From positions 96,513-160,512 of the forward strand of contig NIVC01002134.1 of assembly GCA_002269645.1 (NCBI GenBank): 64,000 nucleotides of DNA. Reading direction: 5' to 3'. The notes beneath the pieces were generated by a model. It did no database searches. It saw only the letters and a list, made by a program, of their open reading frames with translations, and had not been told where the DNA came from. Shown in pieces: positions 11,831 through 25,142 of this stretch (within the stretch, counting starts at the first letter, position 1; each line of letters starts with the position of its first letter). This DNA is from Macrostomum lignano. Lineage: Eukaryota. A program made the position numbers and the translations under genes.

Positions 11831-13942
11831 TAGCTATCTTAGGCCTAAGTTAGGGACAATTTCTATTTAAGAAAAAGAATGTCTATTATCTTTATGAAAC
11901 TTTTTTATTTTTTTTTTATTAATTTTACAAAAAGAGATTCATAGTAAATATCTTCATCCATGATAGTTGTACTCAAATAAGATGATTTGTAAAACAAAAG
12001 AATTAGTTTTTTAATGTGCTTTTTTAATTGTTTTCCATGGATAATTTTTGCTCCTTGGCCTTACTTATTATGTGCCCTGAAGGAAGCACTAGATTGCTAA
12101 GTTTAGAACTAAACTAGGCCTATTGGAGTATTGAAATTGAAATGGATTTTTAAAAAGAAAAAGTAAAAAAAACATTTTAATTAATATAATTTTAATCATA
12201 ACATAAGCCGATAAGGCTAAGGGTAGGGACTTCAGTGAGATTTTAAAAGTTTTTTTTGTTTTTTTTGCATCATTTTCAACTTTCAAAATCTCACTAAAGT
12301 TCCTACTAAGCTAATATTTTAGGGCAATATTCATCCTTATAGTTACTCTATCCTATAGTATATTGACTTGGATATAAATATAAAACATTTTTATTTTTAT
12401 GGCAAAAATTAAAGAAATCATATTAAAAGACATTAAGACAGTTACTTACTTTTTAGATTTTTTGTAGCACTTGGGTCTTGTTCACTTGGAAAGTTAGGTA
12501 TTCTTTAAAATTCACTATTAATTATCTATTAATGTTTGTTAATAGTCAAAGACTTCTGTAGCAATTAATTTTCTCTTAACTCAAATTAACTATAACAATT
12601 ATATGCTAGGGCATATGGCTTCTACGACTACAGTTCTACCTAAGTAGGTGTAGGTTCAATTTATCGGACTCTATAACTTAATTATCAAAAAATGAATTCG
12701 AATTTGTTTAATTACAGAGCTGGCTTTCCAAACACAAAGTCAGTTTTAGCAGGCCTTCAGAAAGAAAATGAAAACTTTATTTTAATTGCTTATATCTTTA
12801 TAACTTACTAGTTATCAAAACTATGAGCACTTAGTCATTTAGTTTATGCTTTGAATTAAGCGCTACACTGTTATTAAACCGCAATTATAAGTATCTCAGG
12901 TTGTACTGTACTAAAGCTGTTTTTAGCTGTGCATTTGCTTATTACGTTATTTACCCTTGATTACAAATTACAATGCAGAGGAAGAAAAAATATTTTTAAT
13001 CTAGATGTCATTCAGATTGCGAAATCAAAAAATTCACTATATAATAGAAAGTTAAAATATGCAAGCAGAATAACAACATATTTTTTTATTATTTGTACTT
13101 ACTGCAAACAGAATACCGATAAAAATAATTTTTGTTAAAAAAATACAAATTAAAAGTGTAAAAGGGTAATTTATTCTACTTTTTATCACCGCTTTGCGTC
13201 GCAAGTTTTTTGAAATGGCTTAATATCTAAAAATAGTTCACGACTCTTTTTCAATTTAAAACTTTAATAAATCTTCTGCGACGCTATGGACCGACCAAAA
13301 AAATGTCATCTATCTTTGTATAATTTTCTCATGTTTTTTATTGCACCTGGTGTGTTTTTATCTAGCCATTACTTTTAGTAGACTCTTTCATTTACCATAT
13401 GAATAAGCAAGAGGACTCTATATATTTCTGTATTTGGAAATTTGGATTGGATCTGGATGGAGTGTCAGTACTCTGTAGTCAGTACCAGTCAGTAGCAATC
13501 AATTTTGACTCAGGTCTCTTTTTTCAATATGCACTCTTAGCATTATAGCATAATCTATTTATAAGCAGATAATATGCTGTATACTTGTAACACTTGCAGA
13601 ATAATAGTAGGTAAGTAGGAGAGTCTCATTCCACTTAGGCAAAGCTCCGCATTCCAAATTATATTAATAATCAAGTTGGCAGCAGTGGTCTGTCACAATA
13701 TATTTATATTAGAAGACATTTTCCTAGCTTAAAACAAATTATAATAATAATATAGAATATTTATTATGATACTATTGTTCCATTTTTTGAAAATCTTATA
13801 GCTAAATTTATTTATCATTTATTATCAATGCAATTATATAGGATTACTAAACTTTTATTTGCATGAAATCAGATTAAAAATACAAACTTGAGCCAATTCA
13901 AGGCACTTTCCAAGTTTACCCTTTGAAATCCTTCAACTGGCA

Positions 13943-16900
13943 TGTCTAGTGAAGATGCCTCATTTGAACAGTAAGTTCAACTGCTTTTTCTATTGTTTTG
14001 GTATTTAGAACAAAAACTTTATCAGAGTAACTATAAACTGATTTTAAATTATTAAAAAAACAGAAATCCACTCCGAGAGCTGCTGTCTTTGCTTGAAAAG
14101 TCGCTGCCTCTGCCAGTCACAGCAGCACCAACAGCTCAGCAGCAGCAATTAGAGAAGCAGCAACAAAGTCTCCGGGATCAGCGCAGGTCAAGCCAATCAG
14201 CCAAGCCAGTCCCAGACAGCCCCTGGCCCCTGGCCAGCCCTAGGGCCAGCGCCCACGATCAGCAAGAAGCCGAGCTGTGGCACCTGTTCTGTCAGTCGCA
14301 TCGAAATGAACGCCGTTTTGGTGCATCAAATCACGGGGCCAACAAACTGCTGGATTTGCTGTTGGCCAGGAGAGTCAAATCGGATTTGTGGATGTCCAGC
14401 GCACAGCCAGACACTTTGCTAGGCCTCCTAGGAGCTTTGAGAATTCTACTTCGCGATCGGTTTATGCAGCGTCGTTGCCTTGACGACGTTGAAGCTTTGG
14501 AATGCTTAGCCAGGGCATTGAAATTGGCCTCTGAAAGTTACCTTATCCACGGCGACACACCGCACATGCTGGACATTGTCAGAGAATTGTGCAACGTCTT
14601 TCAAAAGCTGATCACTTGTTCTGTCGCATCTGGTTCTGGCAATTCCGGCAATAGTGCCAATTCTGGGAAAGATATTTTCCTCAAACTGCAGGTAGGTTAA
14701 TGCTAATTTTATAGAGCATCAAAATTCGTTAGTGTGAATGAGTAAATGAGTCAGTAATCCGTTAATTTTGTGTCAATTATAACTGTTCTGTGTCAAGAGA
14801 CTGTAACACACCGTTAATGATGTGTCAAGAGACTGTAACACACCGTTAATGATGTGTCAGAGACTGCAACACACCGTTAAATGATGTGTCAAGAGACTGT
14901 AACACACCGTTAATGATGTGTCAAGAGACTGTAACACACCGTTAATTATGTGTCAAGAGACTGCAACACACCGTTAATTATGTGTCAGAGACTGTAACAC
15001 ACCGTTAAATGATGTGTCAAGAGACTGTAACACACCGTTAATGATGTGTCAGAGACTGTAACACACCGTTAATTATGTGTCAGAGACTGTAACACACCGT
15101 TAATTATGTGTCAAGAGACTGTAACACACCGTTAATGATGTGTCAAGAGACTGTAACACACCGTTAATGATGTGTCAGAGACTGTAACACACCGTTAATG
15201 ATGTGTCAAGAGACTGTAACACACCGTTAATTATGTGTCAAGAGACTGTAACACACCGTTAATTATGTGTCAAGAGACTGTAACACACCGTTAATGATGT
15301 GTCAAGAGACTGCAACACACCGTTAAATGATGTGTCAGAGACTGTAACACACCGTTAAATGATGTGTCAAGAGACTGTAACACACCGTTAATGATGTGTC
15401 AGAGACTGTAACACACCGTTAATTATGTGTCAGAGACTGTAACACACCGTTAAATATGTGTCAAGAGACTGTAACACACCGTTAATGATGTGTCAGAGAC
15501 TGTAATTCACTATTAAATGATGTGTCAAGAAACTATAACACACCATTAAATTGTCAGAGACTGTAATATATTTTGAATGATTTGTCAAAGACTGTAGCAC
15601 ATCGTTAAATGACATGTCAGACACTGTAATACACCGTTGAATGATGTGTCAGAGACTAACACACTGGTGAATGTGTCAGTGACTGTAACGCTCTGTTTAA
15701 TGCTGTCAGAGACTGTAACACACCGTTAAATTATGCATCAGAGACTGTAACAAACTTTTAAATGATGTCAGGAAGAATTAGCGATAAGTAAAATATATAA
15801 AAGAATCTGTTAATAAACAAAAACATTTTCATTCACATTTTAAAAAAATCTGTCAAGGTCCATGTCTCCCTTGTGCACCTGCTATCGGCGAACGACTCTG
15901 CCACTCTCCAGTGCTCTCTGCACGCTCTGGCATCGTTAGCTCAACAGGAGTCGCCGCGTCAGCTGCTTCGGAGCTCCAGCAGCGGCGTCGGCGGCGTGAA
16001 GCCGGAGTCTCTCACGGAGCAGCTCCTGGCCATTGCTGAGCGCTACGATTCACAGTCGAAACGTTTAGCAGCAAATCTGCTGCGTTTGCTTTTGTCAGAC
16101 GCTTCAATTCGATCGGCAGTGTCTGAGCTAGACGGCATCGCTCTGCTGGTTAACCTAGCTGGATCTGAGGATGTTAAATTGGCTTGGAATGCTCTGTGGT
16201 GCCTCATACAACTGGCTGAAGATGCCGGGGTGAGGTGCGAAGTTCGAGCCCTAGGCGGAGTGCCGCTCATTCTAGCTCTGCTAGTGCCAAATGAAGACGA
16301 TTCAGAAGATGGAGTTAGCGAGGATCAGGTAGGGTTCGGGGCCTTTAGGAGTGGGGATATTTTCATTTTTTGGGTGTAATCCTGTTCCCCAGCTTCCACC
16401 TTAGTACGTAAAGGTTAAAAATCCTGAGTCTTGACTCTAAGAATCCTAACCCATAATTTAAGAATCCCAATCCCTATTTTAAGAAATCGAATCTTTAATC
16501 TAAGTATACCATAATTCAAAGACTCCGAATCCCAAACCTGAGAATTTCAACCCTAATTCTAAGAATCCGAATCCCCAATCTGAGAATTCTAACCCTAATT
16601 CTAAGAATCCGAATCCCAAATCTGGGAATTCCAACCCTAATTCTTAGAATCCGAATCCCAAATCTGAGAATTCCAACCCCTAATTCTAAGAATCCGAATC
16701 CCCAATCTGAGAATTCCAACCCTAATTCTAAGAATCCGAATCCCAAATCTGAGAATTCCAACCCCTAATTCTAAGAATCCAAATCCCCAATCTGAGAGTC
16801 AGGAATCTCGATCTCAGTTACTTTTCTTAGCTAAAATTTCAATTATTACTTAATGAATAAAGTCCCAGTAATTCATTTTCCCCAACAGGCTCAATTAACT

Positions 16901-19900
16901 CTAAACGTCCGTTCAGCAGCGTGCTGCGCCCTCACCGAGCTACTCATAGATGATAGAAACTCATTTTTAATCGCTCAAAACAACGGCGTTTATCTACTGG
17001 GTAGATTGCTACTCCCAGCTTCTTCTATTGCTTCATCAAACTCATCGTCTTCATCAGCGGCTAGCGAAGGCAGCCAACGTATAGCTGAGGCGGTGAACAC
17101 TTTGAGAAAGAATTCTTGTCGAGCTCTGCGATTTCTATTCAGCTTGGAGCGGAATAGGAGAGCGGTGAAGAAGCTGCTGCCTACGGGCCTGTTGGCTGCC
17201 TTCATTGATATTGGCCACTACAATAGGGATTTGAGCGCCTACGCTAGCGTTGTGGCCGCTATCGATCGGGTGAGGCTATTTCTGTGCCTATGTGTTTTTA
17301 GTAGGTTTTTTACTAGTTCGTGGGTTGGCCCTCGTGGCTGTGAATCGAACGACAACCTAGCTTTTTTTACCTACGCTTTTACCAACGCAGTTGTAGTTGT
17401 TCGCTGCTAGGGGGTTGGTTGGCAAATTTTTTTACCTGAAGGGCCCAGCTGGAACATGGAAAATCTAGCGCATGGCTGCGGGCGAGAGGAGAGGAGAGAT
17501 TAGATGGAATAGAGGAGGAAGGAAGGAGAGAGCTGAGAAGAGACACAAACCTTGTGCTATTGCTATTGGGAAGTTTCAAAGCACCCAAGGGACGGATTCA
17601 AAGCTCTAGTGATATGCCTTATCTTGTTCGCTGGATGGATGCCTTATCAGTTTACCATTCTGACTACATCTATATCAAGCTCAAAACTTTGCATGCTCCA
17701 CAACCGCCCCCCCCCCCCCCGCCTAGGACGAGGAGCTGGCTCAGGAGCTGCGCACGAATCTGGAGTCTGTCAATCAGAATCGCGAAGCCAACCAGCACAT
17801 CAAAGACTACGCCGTGTTGGAGATTCTCGGCAGCGGAGCATTTGGTACAGTTTATAAAGTGCGCAAACAAGACACAATGTACGCTATAAAAGAGTTGAAC
17901 ACTGGCGGTCTCGGTCGCAACGCCAACGAACGACAGAAAAATGTCGGTTACATTGTCAGCGAACTGACCATGGCCAAGGAGCATCTTAGACATCCTAATG
18001 TTGTGCGCTATTATAAAACTTTTGAAGAAAGTAAGTTGTCGTTTTCAACCTTTCTTTATCATACAAGTCTGGTGAAATTTATATAATAAATATAAATCTA
18101 ATCTTGTTGTTTGTTTAAACTCTCTTACTAATACAATAATAATGCAACACATTTTTACCTACGAGGAATCAGTACCTGTTGAGAAAATGTTACCGTGACA
18201 AGAATCACTCTAAAGAGTCATTAATAACAACTCACTAGTGACTCTAGCGAAGGGGCGACTCTTGTGACTTTTTAACGACTTAAACGACTGAACTCTCATG
18301 CGACGGTGAGACGACTGTTGAGTCACGAGCGCAACATGTTGAGTTGCAGAATCGTTAAAGTGTCGCAAAAAAGTCGTCCAAAGTTGTTGTGTTGGCGCTT
18401 AAATTTTTACTAACTCAAGTAGACTAAATCGAAAAGGACAGAAGCCTCTATCCAGCCCTCAGGTAGCTTTGAAACTTCACAATAGCAATAAACTCTAAAC
18501 TTAATTCAATTATTTAATTTCCAGACGACAAACTTTACATCGTTATGGAACTCATTGAAGGCGCTTCCCTAATGGAATTCTTTGTATCAATGCGCGAGAA
18601 AGGTCTGAAATTTGAGGAGGATCGAGTTTGGTTTATATTTGTACAGATTGTGCTGGCGCTGCGGTACCTGCATAAGGAGAAGGATATTGTGCACAGGTGC
18701 GTTTAAATCGGCTGACTTTTTACAATGCTTCAATATTTGGCTGGGAATTATGTTCGATATATCACTGGCGCTAAAGTCCCTGGTGCTAAAGCCCCTGGTG
18801 CCAAAGTCCCTGGTGCTAAAGCCCCTGGTGCTAAAGCCCCTGGTGCTAAAGCCCCTGGTGCCAAAGTTCCTGGTGCTAAAGCCCCTGGTGCTAAAGCCCC
18901 TGGTGCCAAAGTTCCTGGTGCTAAAGCCCCTGGTGCCGAAGCCAAAGCCCTGGTTCTGGCTACGACTTCGTCTGTAAACTACAATAATATTTAAATACTG
19001 CAGTAAAGAGATTCAAATTTATGCATTAACCATTGCAACCATTGCAGAGACTTGTCCCCGAATAACATCATGCTTGGCGAAGACGACCACGTCACTATCA
19101 CAGACTTTGGCTTGGCCAAACAGAAACGCAAAGATTGCAGCAAAATGATTTCAGTTGTTGGCACAATGGTCTATGCCTGTCCCGAGATAGTCCAGAGTCA
19201 ACCCTACGGAGAGAAGGCAGACATTTGGTCAATCGGATGCGTTCTGTACCACATGGCTGCTCTGAAAGCTCCCTTCGATTCGAGCAATATGCTCAACCTG
19301 GCAACTAGGATTGTTGAGGGTAGTTACGATCCGACTCCGTTGCAAAATCATTTTTCTAAACAGGTGAGTATGAGTTTTAGTTGGGGGAATTAGGAATCTG
19401 GGAATGAAGTCTTGGCTGGGGGAATTTGGAATCTGGGAATGAAGTCTTGGTTGGGGAATTAGGAATCTGGGAATGAAGTTTTGGCTGGGGGAATTAGGAA
19501 TCTGGGAATGAAGTCTTGGCTGGGGGAATTAGGAATCTGGGAATGAAGTCTTGGTTGGGGGGAATTAGGAATCTGGGAATGAAGTCTTGGTTGGGGGGAA
19601 TTAGGAATCTGGGAATGAAGTCTTGGCTGGGGGGGAATTAGGAATCTGGGAATGAACTCTTGGCTGGGGGAATTAGGAATCTGGGAATGAAGTCTTGGCT
19701 GGGGGGGAATTAGGAATCTGGGAATGAACTCTTGGCTGGGGGAATTAGGAATCTGGGAATGAAGTCTTGGCTGGGGGAATTAGGAATCTGGGAATGAAGT
19801 ATTGGTTGGGGGGAATTAGGAATCTGGGAATGAAGTCTTGGTTGGGGAATTAGGAATCTGGGAATGAAGTTTTGGCTGGGGGAATTAGGAATCTGGGAAT

Positions 19901-22900
19901 GAAGTCTTGGCTGGGGGAATTAGGAATCTGGGAATGAAGTCTTGGTTGGGGGGAATTAGGAATCTGGGAATGAAGTCTTGGCTGGGGGGGAATTAGGAAT
20001 CTGGGAATGAACTCTTGGCTGGGGGAATTAGGAATCTGGGAATGAAGTCTTGGCTGGGGGAATTAGGAATCTGGGAATGAAGTATTGGTTGGGGGAATTA
20101 GGAATCTGGGAATGAAGTATTGGTTGGGGGGAATTAGGAATCTGGGAATGAACTCTTGGCTGGGGGAATTAGGAATCTGGGAATGAAGTTTTGGCTGGGG
20201 GAATTAGGAATCTGGGAATGAAGTATTGGTTGGGGGAATTAGGAATCTGGGAATGAAGTATTGGTTGGGGGAATTAGGAATCTGGGAATGAACTCTTGGC
20301 TGGGGGAATTAGGAATCTGGGAATGAAGTTTTGGCTGGGGGAATTAGGAATCTGGGAATGAAGTCTTGGCTGGGGGAATTAGGAATCTGGGAATGGAGTC
20401 TTGGTTGGGGGGAATTAAGAATCTGGGAATGAAGTCTTGGCTGGGGGGAATTAGGAATCTGGGAATAAAGTTTTGGCTGGGGGGGGGGAATTAAGAATCT
20501 GGTAATAAAGTCTTGGCTGCGGGGAATTAAGAATCTGGGAATGAAGTTTTGGTTGATGGAATTAAGAATCTGTGAATGCGTGAAGTTATGTCTTGGGACA
20601 AGAACTTCTAACTGCACACACTACGCAGTAGCACCTTCTATCTTCAGCTCTTAGACGTGGTGGCTGCCTGTCTCACGGTGGATTCGGAACGCCGGCCGGA
20701 CATTGTTGGCGTGGCGTCTCTCATGGCCGAGCGAGTGCTGCGCCACCTGGACCTGGTGCAGGCGCAGAAGGCCGCCGCGGATCGCCGGCTGCATCGGGAG
20801 AAACGACGAAATCGTCGACGACTGCTGCTGTTGGATGACAGCGGCGGCGGAGGCGGGGGCGGCGGTGGCGCTGCGGCGGGAGCGGGCACCGAGGCAGCCG
20901 ACCATGGCGCCGGCGGCAGCACCGGCAGCGCGTCGAGAATGCCTGCCAGCGCCTCGCCAACTGTTGTCGCTTCTCCGACAACGGCGCCGTCGTCCGCTTC
21001 GGCCTCAGCAGCGTCAGCCGATTTGCCGCCGCGGCCGCGCGCCGGAACCTCAACATCGTCGGCTGCTGCATCGGCGCTGCCACCTCCAGCGGCGTCGTCT
21101 GCTTCCGGTGGGGCGGCGGCGGCAGTCGGCCAAGCAGCAGCGGCGCCCTGACGATCAGCCAGCGCCGGGTTCGACAGATTTCCGATCCCATCTTGCCGAT
21201 GTTGGCTGCGCTGCACAAGCTGGCGCATCTGGCCCGCTTGCCGCCTGGCGTTGTCGGCGGCAGCGGCAGCGGCCTGGGTGACAGCAGGCGCCGTCTGTTG
21301 GACAAGTACTGCGGTGCACTGTTCTCCGCCGGAGTGTCGCCTGTTGAAGTTAAAGAAGAGGTGAGTTGCTCAAGAGCGTGGGTTACAGGAGAGTGGGTAT
21401 TGAGAACGAAAGAAATTTAGATAGTTTTAGAGAATACTGAGAAACGTAGATAGTCATTGTGTGTGAGACAGGTAGATAATCATTGTGGAGTAGATGTGGT
21501 TTTCTCGGGGTGGCCTGGTAGGTCTTTGAATCCCACCGCTGCCACCAGTGAAGTACTTATGGTTGTCTCGCTGTCCCGCTCAGTGACTCGGGCTCTCCGT
21601 CTTCTCACTCGTAGTAGCGTAGGTAGTGCTGCCACCAGTTCCTTCAGGTCTCGCGGTGAGGTGAGCTTCCCGTCGGAACGAAATAACGAAGTCAACGAAC
21701 ACAGCACCAAGTGCAGATTTGCAGTTCAACGTACTAGGCGTCTCGTCAGCGGTACCTGCCGGGCTTGGTTGGTAGAGGGAGGGCTGAGTTAGCCTCTCGT
21801 AGGCTTGGGCGCTTTAGTCGGGACTCAGTCAGACCAATAAGAACAGAACTTAACGCACACAGATGGGCTGACACTCAGAACTCACGGTCTCGCTAGAAAC
21901 TGGGAACTCAGGATCTCAGTAAACTGGAAGCTCCTTGACGGAAAAAAGGGGGAGAAGGGTCCTATTTATAGCCGGGAAACACCCACGCAGAAGACCTCGT
22001 GACTCGTTCTATTTTTAGAACTGACGTCACTTGAGGGTCCCCCGGCAGAGTGCACATGGCTGTGACTCAGTTGCTATTTTTAGCAACATGAGTCACTCCT
22101 CTCCTTAGAGAAGGGAGGGGACCGAAAGCATGTGACTCACCCGGTAAACAGGGCCAGCGAGTGCAGTAAACATGTCTACTGCACTTTAAGACTCGAAGAA
22201 CTCAAAAACTGTCATGTGACTAGCTCACGAGACAGGGTAAGCGGGACGGAAGCGAAACAGAGACAGCCAACAGCAGAGAAGCTGAAGGCTGAGAACAGAG
22301 ACGCAAAGGGAGCGCAAAAGGGACAGGAGCAGACAGACAAGGGAGCGGGAAGCTGACCAGCGGCAGACAGAAACCCACAGAGGGGGCGAGAGCAAGGGCG
22401 ACTGCTGACAAAGGGCGACGCCTAACAATAAACTAGCGGCTCACTACAATTGTGAGACGGAGGGGTAGATAATCATGTAGATAATTATTTTAAGAACACG
22501 TAGATATAAGACAGGTAGATAATTAATTGAAGACAGGTAGATAATCAATTGAACACAGGTAGATAATCATTCTAGGACAGGTGGATAATCATTCTAGGAC
22601 ACTTACAGATGATCATTTTAAGACAGGTAGATAATCATTTTAGGACAGGTAGATAATCATTCTAGGACACTTTTACAGATAATCATTTTCAGACAGGCAG
22701 ATAATCATTTTAAGACAGGTAGATAATCCTTCTAGGACACTTAAAGATGATCATTTTAAGACAGGTAGATAATCATTTTAAGACAGGTAGATAATCCTTC
22801 TAGGACACTTACAGATAATCATTTTTAGACACGTATACAGATAAGTATTTTAAGACAGGTAGATAATCATTTTAAGACAGGTAGATGATCCTTCTAGGAC

Positions 22901-23887
22901 ACTTAAAGATAATCATTTTAAGACAGGTAGATAATCCTTCTAGGACACTTAAAGATAATCATTTTAAGACAGGTAGATAATCCTTTTAGGACACTTTTAC
23001 AGATAATCATTTTTAGACACGTATACAGATAAGTATTTTAAGACAGGTAGATAATCATTTTAAGGCAGGTAGATAATCAATTAAAGACAGGTAGATAATC
23101 ATTTTAGGACAGGTAGATAATCATTTTAGAACAGGTAGGTAATCATTTTAGGACAGGTAGATAATCATTTTAAGACAGGTAGATAATCATTTTAAGACAG
23201 GTAGATAATCATTTTAAGACAGGTAGATAATCATTTTAAGACAGGTAGATAATCATTTTAAGACAGGTAGATAATCATTTTAAGACAGGTAGATAATCAT
23301 TTTAAGACAGGTAGATAATCATTTTAAGACAGGTAGATAATCATTTTAAGACAGGTAGATAATCATTTTAAGACAGGTAGATAATCATTTTAAGACAGGT
23401 AGATAATCATTTTAAGACAGGTAGATAATCATTTTAGGACACGTCTACAGATAATAATTTTAATTAAGACAGAAAAATTAATTATTGTGAGAGAAGTAGA
23501 TATCCAGAGGGAACGAACAACCAATTCAATTGGAGTCCTCAACCCATCTCATTATCCCCATCCGCCCCGCAGATCCGCCGCCTTATGGGTGCCAGCCGCG
23601 ACCCAGTGGAGCTGGAACTTCTTGGCGCCTCAGACCGACTTGTTCGCCAAGCTCTGCAAGAGCAGCAGAGAGCAGCGCTTAGACTCGAACGTCTGCCCAG
23701 CGCTACAGCAGAAGACTGCGGAGCTGAGCTCACTTACGCCGACTTGGCTCAGATGCTGGAGTCTGTACTCGAGTCCACGGAGTTTTATCACGGTCGCGCT
23801 GGCAACAGAAATTCTCAACAGCAGCAGCAGCAACATCAAGGAGGCAGGCCGGCATTGCGCAGAGGCATCTCACTGTCAGATAGTTAG
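13943..23887 (+). CDS. NEK10: NIMA-related kinase 10; exons 13943-13971, 14064-14691, 15858-16328, 16889-17269, 17727-18030, 18525-18696, 19048-19363, 20648-21360 (internal 1-nt frame break near 21110), 23573-23887
   Basis: Armadillo-like N-terminus (AACCALTEL, RALRFLFSLERNR, FIDIGHY); kinase motifs LGSGAFG, HPNVVRYY, HRDLSPNN, DFG, GEKADIWS; C-terminal ISQRRVRQISDP. All listed splice junctions are GT-AG and phase compatible. Confidence 0.95.
14789..15770. repeat. 31-33-bp minisatellite (TGTGTCAAGAGACTGTAACACACCGTTAATGA), NEK10 intron 2
   Basis: Direct repetition, degenerating towards the right end. Confidence 0.95.
16430..16805. repeat. About 42-bp minisatellite (CCCTAATTCTAAGAATCCGAATCCCAAATCTGAGAATTCCAA), NEK10 intron 3
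   Basis: Direct repetition. Confidence 0.85.
18765..18950 (+). repeat. 15-bp minisatellite (GGTGCTAAAGCCCCT), NEK10 intron 6
   Basis: 5-aa periodic ORFs; same family as 37575-38058 in opposite orientation. Confidence 0.9.
19380..20575. repeat. About 35-bp G-rich minisatellite (GGGGGAATTAGGAATCTGGGAATGAAGTCTTGGCT), NEK10 intron 7
   Basis: Direct repetition with variable G-run length. Confidence 0.95.
21486..22448 (-). mobile_element. Solo LTR (963 bp) in NEK10 intron 8
   Basis: TG...CA termini (TGTAGTGAG...CTACTCCA on minus); 4-bp TSD ATTG at 21482-85 and 22449-52; TATA at 21964-70 (minus); homologous copy at 61012-61611. Confidence 0.85.
22453..23450. repeat. 22-bp minisatellite (GACAGGTAGATAATCATTTTAA), NEK10 intron 8
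   Basis: Direct repetition; the first unit is interrupted by the solo LTR. Confidence 0.95.
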
Positions 23888-23968
23888 ATTTCAGTAAACC
23901 ATAAAGTTTTCATTCGAAGCAAATAACTTTGAGTTCGTGCTTACAAATATAATGATAATATTCACAGT

Positions 23969-24210
23969 AAGGGTTGTGCGCACCCTGGCGCACTTTAAGC
24001 GACATTACTCGTACTCCCCTGAGCAGGCATACAAGCGCGCGGATACGTACGCAGGCACACACACAGGAGTGTACAGCGGCCCTAACTTTATATTATCGTT
24101 AGGCATGTACACTTCACTGCGCCTTGGGGGGTTGGCTCTCCAGGGCGGTAATTGCACGAGCAGAGCCAAGCCGAGATTCCAATTTACGATCCCCTCTACC
24201 ACTGAGCTTA
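23969..24210 (-). mobile_element. tRNA-derived SINE-like repeat, copy 1 (just downstream of the NEK10 stop)
   Basis: A-box-like TAAGCTCAGTGGTAGAG head on minus; body shared with 34923-35226. Confidence 0.7.
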
Positions 24211-24904
24211 GTATTTACAATATTTAATGAGTTGAAAATCGGTTATGAAATACAAAGGAAGTTTTCTGCATAGTTAGTAAGGTCTAAACAAGATCAAACT
24301 GATGTTATGATCACCCATTGCAGAAGCAGAAAATTTTCCCATCTTTGTTTCATTTGAATTTTGTCGTATTTTAATGCTGTTTTTCTCTTTCGTACTACTC
24401 ATTTCTGTAGTATAGTTTGAAGTATCAGTGCAACAAGTTTAAAGATGTGAAGAATTTTTTAACATTTCAAATACTGAGTTGCTTTCCAAGATCATTTTAT
24501 TTCTGTGGCCTTCAAATCTGCTGTGAATGTAATTTTGTAGTGCGCTTAGACTTACAATTTAGATTTAATAGACCTATATCGCATTCGATGCATGCTTTGA
24601 ATATTATCAATTTGCACTACTGCAAAAACCGGCCACTGAGTAGCGTAATGAGAGTTTTCTACTCAGATTTTTACACGTATTCAAAATAATATTCCGTCCG
24701 TAAATCAAAAGCTGTATTTCATTGTTTGGTCGTTTGCGCTTTTCCTCAATTTTTTCTGCATGAAAATTTTTCTCGGCATTTTTATTAATAACTCTATGCT
24801 TTCTCTATCGTCACATTTCTGTTTTGAAAGTATAAACACATTCCTTACCCTGGCTACAGTTCACCTCATTTGTGCTATCACTCCGTGTGCATCAATCTAA
24901 CTCG

Positions 24905-25142
24905 CACCAGTCACCATAGCTAGACACCCGCCACCCCAATGTACACACGCCCCAGTCAGTATAGCTAGACACCCGCCACCCCAATGTACACACGCCCTAG
25001 TCAGTATAGCTAGACACCCGCAACCCCAATGTACACACGCCCTATTCAGTATAGCTAGACACCCGCAACCCCAATGTACACACGCCCCAGTCAGTATAGC
25101 TAGACACCCACCACCCCAATGTACACACGCCCCAGTCAGTAG
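24905..25142. repeat. 45-bp minisatellite, about 5 copies
   Basis: AGTCAGTATAGCTAGACACCCGCCACCCCAATGTACACACGCCCC repeated. Confidence 0.9.

Noticed and set aside
18140-18410. Possible MITE in NEK10 intron 5
   Set aside because: Terminal similarity is too weak and there is no TSD or second copy.
19380-20575. G-quadruplex array as a special element
   Set aside because: G3+ runs are separated by 12-15-nt loops; potential is modest and nothing else supports a function.
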